Below are positions 10,101 through 16,704 of a stretch of 45,434 nucleotides of DNA, one piece after another (within the stretch, counting starts at the first letter, position 1; each line of letters begins with the position of its first letter). The notes under the pieces were generated by a model. The model saw nothing but the letters and a program-made list of their open reading frames with translations, was not told the DNA's origin and did no database searches. A program made the position numbers and the translations under genes. Source of the stretch: a virus (taxonomy: Duplodnaviria; Caudoviricetes); the IMG/VR virus record IMGVR_UViG_3300046001_002739, positions 1 through 45,434 of that record; one strand, written 5' to 3'.

Positions 10101-13100
10101 ACGATGCGTGCGGCGACCTGTTGGCTTAGGGCCAGGCGCTCGGCGCTGTCGAGCGCGTTCCACTCAGCGGTGAGCGCCGCGTCGTTGGGGTCGGGTGCGA
10201 CCTCGAACATGACCTTGGCGCTCGGGGTCTCAGCAGCGCCGATGTCGCCCTTGGCGTCGACCGCCTTCTGCGCCGGGCCTTCGTAGGTGCGGCTGGGGGT
10301 GTCGTTGTGCGGGACCTTGGTCCACGAGGGGGGCGTGATGTCGCCGGCCAGCGCAAGGATTTCTTTTTGGGCCTGCTCCTGGTCGAGCTCGCCCGACTTA
10401 TACCGCGCCCAGATGGCGTTGGCGGGCGCCTTCATGCCGCTCTTCTTTGCCGCCTCGAACAGACCGCGCACCGCTTCCCAGGTGATCGACTGCATCTCGC
10501 GTGGCAGGATGCCGCGCGCTTCGGCTGCACGGCGATAGGCCTCGAGGTAAATCGGGTAGGTGCCGTTCAGGCCGGTCATGTTGGACGAAGCGGAACCGCC
10601 GCCGCCGAACGCCTGGACCACCTCGATGTCGGCCGAGGCCAGCGGGCGCAGCAGTGCTGCCGCCACCGCGTGGGTGTCGATCGTTGCGTAACCGAGATCG
10701 CTGTTCGGCGCGAATATGTTGTTGTAAAAGTTGCGAACCTTGTGTTCTTTGCCAAGGTTGTAATAGACGTTTTCTGCGCGGCCATCCAACAGCACTGAGA
10801 TCGCTTTGCCGATCGTGCTGTAGGACTTCCACATCATCGTGGCGTCGCCGCTGCCCTCTTCGCCGTCCTCGCCCTTCTGCACGTAACCCGCTGCCCCACC
10901 CTCGGGGGTGAGCACTCGATAGGCCCGGTTGTTGTGGGTCTGGTCGTAGACACGAACCCAGCGGGCAGCGCTCTCGGGCGTGGCCAACAGTTCGCCCAGG
11001 GTCTTGCCCCGGGCCGGCACCATGTTGCGTTCGTTCGCCTCGGCGGATGCTCGGGCCGCGTTGACCTTCTTTTCGGCTTTGAGTCGGACTTCCTCGTTCT
11101 TCGACTTGAGGTTCTTGGCTTCCTTCGCTGCCGTCTTCTCGGCGGTGGCGTAGGCGCCCGCCACCAGGCGATCGGCCTCGGCCGACATCGCGTCATCCCA
11201 GGTGTGGTTGCGCAGGCCGAACACCATGTCGGCGATACGCTCGGCCTGGCTCACGTTGGCGAACCACCCGTTCTGCGGGGACAGCACCGCGATGGCGGCG
11301 GCGCCCTGCATCTCACTGATGCCGTAGCGGTTGGCCCAGGCCTCGACCGTCTTGCGCCCGCCGTCGTACCACTGCCGTGCGCGGTCGCGCATCTCTGCGG
11401 GCATGTGGTCGTGCAGCCACAGCAGGTTGTTGGTGACGTGCTCGATGAACGCCTCGACGTTCTTGACCGGGTCTTTAGCGCCCTTGCCCGTGAGCTTGCG
11501 CGTATTGGGCAGGGCCTGCAGCGCGGTGACGTTTTTCTCGAGCGTCTTGGTGTCGGAGAGCACCACGTCGAAGGTGATGTTCAGCACGTTGGCCAGGGGG
11601 TCCTCGGTCGCCTTGACGGCAGACGGCAGACGGGAGGACAGTGACTGCGCGTAGCTCTCGCTCGGCGTCGCCTGAATGAACCGCTTGATCAGCTCGGACT
11701 TGTAGACATTTGCGGTCTGGTCACCTGCGAACACGCCGGCGTCGGTCAGGGCCTGCAGCACCTCGGGGCTCTTGGCCAGCAGCTGCTGCCAGCGCGCCAG
11801 CGTGGGGGAGCCTGCGGGCAGTGCGGTGTTGGCGTTGAGCGCGTCGACCACAGCGTCGCGCCCCTTGGCCTCGCGCGTGCCTGCGGGGGCTACGCGCTGG
11901 CCGGTGGTCTTGCCTAAGCCCCCGAGCTGTTCGACCGGGATGTCTTGGTCACCCAGCATGATGACCTGACCAGACTGGGAGCCGCTCAGGCGGTCGAGGT
12001 AGCCCGAGAACCCAGCGTCCAGCACCTTGGACTCGAAGTCTTCCTGGCTGCCGCCCTTCAGGCGCAGCGGGTCGGTGTTGGAGTCGTAGACGTTGGTGAG
12101 CGTGGCCTTGTGCCCGCGGCCACCCACGCCTGCCTCTGGGTTGATGCCTGTGCCGGTGTCGGCGTAGAAGTACCCGCGCTTGGCCAGGCGCTTGTCCTTG
12201 GCATTCTTGAACGCCTCACGGTTGCTGCCCTGCAGCCCGGTGCCGTACATGCTGGTGCTGACGAACGAGCGGTCGGCCTTGCTGAAGTGGAAGCCCTCGA
12301 CGGTGATCTCGCCGGTCTTGCCCGCGTTCAACACCGCACCCTTGCCGGTCTTGTCGGTGAACACGATCGGGTCCTGCGCCCAGGCTTGCTCGGGCGTGAT
12401 ACCGAGCTCGCCGGCGATGGTCTTGTACATGGCCGCGAACATCGTCGCGCTGCCCTCGTTCACGTCCTTGCGGAACCGCCCAACGGCGTTGAGCTGGTCG
12501 AGCACGGTCTGCTCGACCGCGTCGTGGGAGGCCTGCCAGGCCTGCTGGTCGACGGCCTGGGCGATCACGCGCTCGGACTCCTGCGCCAGGAACTCCTGCG
12601 CCTTGGCGCCGGCTTCCTTGGCCTCGAACTGGCTCATCGCGCGCACGTCACCGATGCGGGCGTGCTCCACCAGCATCGCCTCAAGCGGGGTGCCGGGTGC
12701 GACCGTGAGTACGTCGCCCATCGGGATCGCCACCACGTCATTGGCGGCGAGTGCTGCCGCCATCTGCGCGGCGACACCGGGCAGCTGCGCCAGCACCTCG
12801 GGTGCTAGTTGGTTCAGGACCTCGGCGTCGACGTAGACCTCGGTCGGTGCGCCGTCGGTGCCCTCGGCCATCGACTGCACCAGGGCGCGGAATTCTTCAG
12901 GGTTGCGCTCACGTAGCAGTGCCTGGCTCGCCAGTGCCATCTGGCCCTTGATGCGCTCGGCCGACTGCTCGGCCTCGACGCCACGCTGGATTTCGACGTT
13001 GCTGCGTACTCGCACGCCAAGTGCTGCGCGCACGATCGCGGCGGAGGTGCCCGCGACGCTCGCCTCGTAACCCACGCCTTCGCCGATCTTGGCCTCGTCG

Positions 13101-14074
13101 TTGGTGAGCATTTTGCGCACCACGTCCTGCAGCACGCCCTCGGTCACCTCCTGGGTGGCCTCGATCCCGGCGGCGGCAAACTTGTCCGCCACCCAGCGCA
13201 GGGCGTTGTTCTTGATCGCAGGCGGCACCCGGTTCAACAGCGCGTCCACCCCGTATTTTTCGGTCAGCGCCGTGATGCTGGCGCCGGCGATGACCGCGGT
13301 GTCCTTCAGCGCCTGCGAGCTGTTGTCCCCCTTGACCTTCTCGTTCATCACGTCCGCGCCCTGCGCGAACAGCGAAACAAGCGAGGCCGTGCCGCCGGTG
13401 GCGATCTGCAGTCCGACCTGCTGCAGCAGCTGGCCGATACCGCCCGCCACATCGGTGGCAAAGTTCTTGTTCTCGGGTGCTGGGCCGATCACATCGCCGA
13501 GCATCTTCCAACCGCCGCCCACAGTCTTGAGCCCGCCCGCCACGTCGAGGGCCAGGCCCAGGTCGGCGCCGGTCAGATCACGCACGGCCTTGGAGACGGC
13601 CGTGAGGCCCGTGGCTCGGGCAGCAACGTCGACACCGACGCCCAGACCTGAGACCAGGGTGCCGACACCGGTGACCGCGCCTGCGGGCAACGCGCGCACG
13701 ACGTTGAAGGTCTGCTCCAGCGCGGAGAGTTCGGGGATGTGGTCGTGCACCTGGCGGGCAAACGTGCCGCCGGTGCGCATGTACTCGGCCAGTTTAGGCG
13801 AGGTCTTGAGGTGTTCGTCGGCCTTGTCCACGGCCTCCTGCAGGCGCACGTCGCGCAGGTTGCGCAGCAGTACGTCCTCTGGCGCAGGGTAGCGCTTGGC
13901 CAGGCGGGCGGCCTCGGAGGCGTCGTCCGCGCTGGTGCGGACTGCATCGTTCAACTTGAAGCGCAGGTCTTGCTGTTGGTCGCGCTCAATCGTCGCCAAA
14001 GCAAAGGGATTGCCGGTGGCCGGTGCTTGGCCAGTGGGCTCGATGTTCTTCAGCGAAAACGGGTTGTCAATCAC
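4103..14074 (-). CDS. Giant internal virion/ejection polyvalent protein (ART-like x3, HhH-glycosylase-like, SAM-lyase-like, HExxH zincin domains)
   Basis: 3323-aa ORF at the end of the ejection-protein cluster; VVYHGT and VVYHGS ART-PolyVal-type motifs, HEMAH, TIDTHA. Confidence 0.8.
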   Translation of the reverse strand: MIDNPFSLKNIEPTGQAPATGNPFALATIERDQQQDLRFKLNDAVRTSADDASEAARLAKRYPAPEDVLLRNLRDVRLQEAVDKADEHLKTSPKLAEYMRTGGTFARQVHDHIPELSALEQTFNVVRALPAGAVTGVGTLVSGLGVGVDVAARATGLTAVSKAVRDLTGADLGLALDVAGGLKTVGGGWKMLGDVIGPAPENKNFATDVAGGIGQLLQQVGLQIATGGTASLVSLFAQGADVMNEKVKGDNSSQALKDTAVIAGASITALTEKYGVDALLNRVPPAIKNNALRWVADKFAAAGIEATQEVTEGVLQDVVRKMLTNDEAKIGEGVGYEASVAGTSAAIVRAALGVRVRSNVEIQRGVEAEQSAERIKGQMALASQALLRERNPEEFRALVQSMAEGTDGAPTEVYVDAEVLNQLAPEVLAQLPGVAAQMAAALAANDVVAIPMGDVLTVAPGTPLEAMLVEHARIGDVRAMSQFEAKEAGAKAQEFLAQESERVIAQAVDQQAWQASHDAVEQTVLDQLNAVGRFRKDVNEGSATMFAAMYKTIAGELGITPEQAWAQDPIVFTDKTGKGAVLNAGKTGEITVEGFHFSKADRSFVSTSMYGTGLQGSNREAFKNAKDKRLAKRGYFYADTGTGINPEAGVGGRGHKATLTNVYDSNTDPLRLKGGSQEDFESKVLDAGFSGYLDRLSGSQSGQVIMLGDQDIPVEQLGGLGKTTGQRVAPAGTREAKGRDAVVDALNANTALPAGSPTLARWQQLLAKSPEVLQALTDAGVFAGDQTANVYKSELIKRFIQATPSESYAQSLSSRLPSAVKATEDPLANVLNITFDVVLSDTKTLEKNVTALQALPNTRKLTGKGAKDPVKNVEAFIEHVTNNLLWLHDHMPAEMRDRARQWYDGGRKTVEAWANRYGISEMQGAAAIAVLSPQNGWFANVSQAERIADMVFGLRNHTWDDAMSAEADRLVAGAYATAEKTAAKEAKNLKSKNEEVRLKAEKKVNAARASAEANERNMVPARGKTLGELLATPESAARWVRVYDQTHNNRAYRVLTPEGGAAGYVQKGEDGEEGSGDATMMWKSYSTIGKAISVLLDGRAENVYYNLGKEHKVRNFYNNIFAPNSDLGYATIDTHAVAAALLRPLASADIEVVQAFGGGGSASSNMTGLNGTYPIYLEAYRRAAEARGILPREMQSITWEAVRGLFEAAKKSGMKAPANAIWARYKSGELDQEQAQKEILALAGDITPPSWTKVPHNDTPSRTYEGPAQKAVDAKGDIGAAETPSAKVMFEVAPDPNDAALTAEWNALDSAERLALSQQVAARIVPQVLKELGTDGDFVMQLGGYMGATNPSMTLRLARPELALTAAKMLGHALAQDSMMVVTERQTLGADPVGVVTVTLPEGYGETEISALYDKLWELEQDSQKLIGGHTTADGQMVILNYSGLEDAELARLVDEQLGGEFPVAIDTVYSAFPGKEDYGYGSNGQEGTTPTGQSPAQRRPSGFRAEATQLLREALDARRASGETYAQEGVSQPLLAPNGKPSNLTPAQHALVRTPEFKTWFGDWEAFTSVEGGVWSDTAGSVSKAVDENGEPLVVYHGTDIGGFTEFKTPGGKNRGDLGIFLTPNRQMARSYVKRNRGGENFTPEDMTGDPFQNGSKSGIYPLFVNIRSPNEANFEGANWDGSRVEQFEIFDENGDNLYSPEGKGFFTESERDAELDRLNAEDISARAEPAGDHYESTDSVVRDARKANNDGAIIRQVMDDGGGNSGYAGEPSDVFVAFDPTQLKSVDNFGTFDPADPNILKQGPRGTFNPKSFELALNPDANLSTVHHEMAHAYLEILTRIAARPNPPDGLMANLDRFLKWQGIADLDTWNAMTLDQKRPHHEALAEGYEQYLLTGKAPSLELQPLMRKLKAFMLNVYKSLKAFVAQRSAAPAGGDALGQTDNFAEWFGDSKVVDARGKPRVVYHGSPKAGFDTFGTSNVGVFFSSRNDVAASYAGSYDDVESDSEEMPGVYNVYLKLNNPMVIDWNGKDWGDGPEGLKLDDWANRAKSAGHDGLIVEDVNDTGWLAPGLVDDNGNGTVYVAFDSNQIKSTDNANPTDSPNIYGQNNEPSNLKLPPEMVQFYDRMLASEEQIAQAEEVAGLLPNEDATAEAVEKLTARSLRDLKWTVNARNKEIKKLQDQAKELRKGVEAEVRAEVDAMPEFQAKAALDKLRESTPEFKDALKDWNGRRGAALERATEALKAELLAANPEVKGLQKGQLLAKNKRDMANQAEAQALAWEKENPKPQKPIPADNDLQMATIADSFNYPDVPTMLQAIDVAGKKADAIEGMTDQRMLERHGDLIDQRAIEAAANEAVHNEARARSLATELRSQAEMLNPRADTGEVNAKGSKITVNAIVEAAKQFAANVVARTPLRDLKAKAWQHTAAERRAGKRWQEATAAGKTQDAVKAKQDQVLNNAAAKAALEAQGEMRKILTFFKRVIKDNNEKTVEKGRDPDVVNAARAVLGAYGIAPRGAKTAAEYMDLVAKNDPAMYAALQPSVQGALNMAQPLDALTMEELRGLHEEIQAMWHLAKRSRQMEIDGNLMDMQDAEDELQDRMQAIGVPLTMPGDSSAVTPREALARKLQHVGSLLRRTEQWAQGMGQEFTRLVFQPVKDAANAYRADRVAYRKKYQALVDNVAPALTKGTIDAPELGYTFGKGHNGIGHAELLHAILHTGNASNKRKLLLGRGWAAENADGTMDTTQWDAFLQRMHDTGVLNKAHYDFAQGVWDLLEQTKPLAQKTHRDVFGRYFAEVTADSFDTPFGGYAGGYVPAQADPSIVQDADLRKLAEAENENMAFSFPGTNKGFTKGRVDYNRPLMLDLRTIGQHIDKVLLFSHMEPAVRDVQKLLSRKGVSYSLGRIDPTIYAGMLTPWLNRSARQIVETPIVGDGGISRVLSAARNRAGMALMFANVSNTIQQLTGFSLAALKVKPASMMRATSQFIASPKKTAKAVSDASEFMANRMDNEIAAINDAMDQILLDPSLYEKAQTWSQKHAYFMQTAMANTMEPIIWTAAYNDALTSLPALVTTGLTSDQVKAAMAERERDAVRAADSVIRTTQGSTLPEDVSRIETGPAYARIFTQFIGYFNMMANTNATALKQISQEVGLKKGAGKAIGVVTLGFLIPIWVAEAIAHAMRGGPDDEDDDGYLDDWLAAVFGMGTIKGSLAMVPFVGQLANAGINRFNGNPADDKVSLSPAVSLLESAVGVPVDVYKAITDPDKLNTRNAVRDVASAVSLATGLPAVAVARPLGYLAGVATDKIDPTSAFDALRGTVTGTPSPDSK
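9481..9633 (-). CDS. Overprinted 50-aa protein nested out of frame in the giant gene
   Basis: AAGGAGG (9643-9649) 9 nt before the ATG; MAVTDRRGQPLPDNHPLKGGQVVFGQKRP... Confidence 0.55.
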   Translation of the reverse strand: MAVTDRRGQPLPDNHPLKGGQVVFGQKRPSSSAKPSTPAAPAEKPTPKKA

Positions 14075-15663
14075 TTGATGCCTTTGGCTAATTTGAAGCG
14101 CTCTAAGACCTGCGCTTCGGTTGGGTTTTTGACGCCTTCAGCTTCAAAGGCAGAGCGCACGAGTTTGCGGTCTTCGCTGGTGATTGTAGGAGCGAAGTTT
14201 TTGCGCTCTGCGGGTGCGGCCTCGAAGTAGGCCTTGTCGGAATCGGGTAAGAACATCGAGCCTGATAACACCTCACCGTCAAGGACCAGTCGGTCCATGA
14301 TCTGGCGTTTCTCTTCAAAGTTGGGTTCGCGTTTCTTATCCGTCTTGAATCGGGCCAGTTCGTCGAACATGACGCCCTGGAACTTGGCCTTTTTCTCAGG
14401 CTTCCATCCGCCGGTGTACGTGCTGGCGAGCTGCAGCGTAGTGGCTGTGTCCTTCTCGGTGTCGGGCTTGGACATGTCGCGCTGTATGCGCGCTACCTGC
14501 TCGATGTCGCTGGGGCTGAAGGAGGTTGTGAGCGAGGCCAGGCGCAACTTTTTGAACCCGTCGGGGTCGTCGCGCATCATGTCGTAGACCTGCGCCAGGG
14601 CTGTGGGATTGGTCTTGACGCTCGGGTTGCCCGCGGCTGCACGGTCGGCCTTGGCCCGCAGGTGCTCCTGCAGCTGCACACGCTCCTTGCCGTCCATGCT
14701 GGCCAGGATAGCTTCGGGCACGCGCTTGCCTTGGCCCACGAGTTGCCAGGCGGTGTCGGAGAACTTCTTCTCCTGCTCGACCTGCATTTCTTTGACCAGG
14801 GCGTGGTTGCTCTTGATCTGGGCGATCGTCTTCTCGCGCCGCGCGGGGTCGGTGATCTTGGCGGCGGCGGCCATCTGCTCGCCCAGCGGGAGCGCAGCCA
14901 CCTCGGCGGCGGTCTGCGTGGCGAACTGGTTGTCGACCTCGGCCTTCAGGACCTGCTCGACCTTGGGCTGCTGCGCGAACCCGATCTCGGTCTTGTTGGC
15001 TTGATAGTAGGCTTCGGCCGCGACCGCGCCGCCGGGGAGTTCGACGAGCTTGGCGATCTGCGCGGTGTGCAGTGCGGACAGGTTTTTGAGCGTCTCGGTC
15101 TGCACCTGCTCAGTGGTCCAGCCCTTGCGTCCACCGACTTGGGCTGACAGCTCGCGCACGCGCTGCGAGGCGCCAGCGACATCGCCGCTGCTGACCCCGA
15201 ACTGGATCGTGGTGTTGATGTTCGCGGCAGCGGTGTTGTCGGCGTGCTTTTCCTTTTCGGTCTCGACGAACTGCGAGACCTGGCCCATCGAGCTTAACTG
15301 CCGGCGGGTCAGCGATTTGCTGACCATGGCCTTGGACATCGGGTCGAGCTTTTCGCCGTAGGTCTGCGCAGCCTTGCCCCACCATTCGGCGGCGGCGGCG
15401 GTGTAGCCGCCAGCGTTTTCGCCTTGGTAATTCTTGCGGTTCTCGGCGTCCCACTGCAGCCAGCCGCCAGCGATTGCCGTGTCGGCGGTGTTGGCCTTCG
15501 CCTCGGCGTCGCGCTGCACACCGCGATCGACGACGCGCGCTACATCGCCCAGTCCCGCAGCCAGTGCGCGTGCACCCTGCGTGACGTCGATGTTTTCCTG
15601 ATAGCCGCCGCGGGTGGCCTGCTCTTGGACCTGGGGTCCGTCATAGGTTGGAACCCGTGGCAT
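14071..15663 (-). CDS. Internal virion/ejection protein
   Basis: 530 aa, Ala/Gln-rich helical, MPRVPTYD start; position in the podophage ejection cluster. Confidence 0.7.
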   Translation of the reverse strand: MPRVPTYDGPQVQEQATRGGYQENIDVTQGARALAAGLGDVARVVDRGVQRDAEAKANTADTAIAGGWLQWDAENRKNYQGENAGGYTAAAAEWWGKAAQTYGEKLDPMSKAMVSKSLTRRQLSSMGQVSQFVETEKEKHADNTAAANINTTIQFGVSSGDVAGASQRVRELSAQVGGRKGWTTEQVQTETLKNLSALHTAQIAKLVELPGGAVAAEAYYQANKTEIGFAQQPKVEQVLKAEVDNQFATQTAAEVAALPLGEQMAAAAKITDPARREKTIAQIKSNHALVKEMQVEQEKKFSDTAWQLVGQGKRVPEAILASMDGKERVQLQEHLRAKADRAAAGNPSVKTNPTALAQVYDMMRDDPDGFKKLRLASLTTSFSPSDIEQVARIQRDMSKPDTEKDTATTLQLASTYTGGWKPEKKAKFQGVMFDELARFKTDKKREPNFEEKRQIMDRLVLDGEVLSGSMFLPDSDKAYFEAAPAERKNFAPTITSEDRKLVRSAFEAEGVKNPTEAQVLERFKLAKGIK

Positions 15664-16242
15664 TTAGCGTCCTTTGTACATGTTCCACTTGTCGGACACC
15701 TGGCTGGCCCCCGACAAGAACGAGCCGCCGGCCATCATCAGAGGGTTCTGCGCGTTGGCTTGTGCCTGGTAGTTGGCACCCTGTGCGCGCTTGCCCCAGG
15801 CATCCTTTGCCGCGTTGGTGCGCGTGGTGGCGACATCGCTCTGAGTGAAGAAGTCGGTCTGGTCCTGCAGGTCGGCGGCGGTGCCGTAGCCGAGGTCGAG
15901 ACCCTTCGCGGCCAGCCCCACGCGCTGTGCGCTCTTGACGGCGGCGCCCTTGCGTTGCACCTCGATCGCCTGCTTCTCGCCCAGGCGCGAGGCTTCCAGC
16001 GCTTGGTACTCAGCGTTCTTGGCGTTGTTCTGGGCGGTCTGCTTGGCGACCTGGCTCTGCTGGTAGGCGGACGCGGTGGAGAGCACCGTGCCCCCGACCG
16101 TGGCGCCCAGGGCAATCGCCTGCATGGCGGTCAACCCAGCCACGGCGGCCGTCGTCGTTGTCGCGGCGACTGCTCCTGCCCCGACAGCGGCGTAGGATGT
16201 AGCAGCAGTTGCTATGGCGGCTAGGGTGATCGGCTCGCACAT
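15664..16242 (-). CDS. Small internal virion/ejection protein (T7 gp14-like)
   Basis: MCEP start, hydrophobic Gly/Ala N-terminus, Gln/Ala-rich; synteny. Confidence 0.7.
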   Translation of the reverse strand: MCEPITLAAIATAATSYAAVGAGAVAATTTTAAVAGLTAMQAIALGATVGGTVLSTASAYQQSQVAKQTAQNNAKNAEYQALEASRLGEKQAIEVQRKGAAVKSAQRVGLAAKGLDLGYGTAADLQDQTDFFTQSDVATTRTNAAKDAWGKRAQGANYQAQANAQNPLMMAGGSFLSGASQVSDKWNMYKGR

Positions 16243-16245
16243 GAT

Positions 16246-16704
16246 TTAGACCTTCATTTCAAAACGGTGGAAGGCCTCGCCCTGTGCGCCAAAAGGCGCA
16301 GCCTCAGAGAGGGTGAACCCCAGGCGCTTGAGCCAGCGCACGCTGGCGGTGTTCTCGGCGTGGACGTGGTTTACCAAGTGCGGGAAGGCCTTTAGCATCG
16401 TGGCAATGTAACGGGGGGTGAGGCGCACAAGGACACGGCTCTGTGCGTCCAGCAGAGGCGTGGCGAGCATCCACGGCGAGCCGATGCCGCTCACCAGCGA
16501 GATGGGGGCGCAGCCTAGGATGCAGATCAACTGATCGCCCTTGAACGCGCTCCAGCAAAGCAGGGATTGGGCCACGCTGCGACGCGCTGCCTCGAGTGGC
16601 TCGTGGCCACAGGCGCGCACCTCGGCGATGTCGGCGGGTCGCATGGCCGCAGCGAGGAGCTCGGCGTCACCGGGCTGCGTCGCGCGGATGACGATTTCAG
16701 CCAC
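16246..16704 (-). CDS. GNAT-fold virion assembly protein (T7 gp13-like)
   Basis: N-x-VHAEN-x-ASVRWLKRLGF GNAT motif; follows the nozzle gene. Confidence 0.75.
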   Translation of the reverse strand: MAEIVIRATQPGDAELLAAAMRPADIAEVRACGHEPLEAARRSVAQSLLCWSAFKGDQLICILGCAPISLVSGIGSPWMLATPLLDAQSRVLVRLTPRYIATMLKAFPHLVNHVHAENTASVRWLKRLGFTLSEAAPFGAQGEAFHRFEMKV

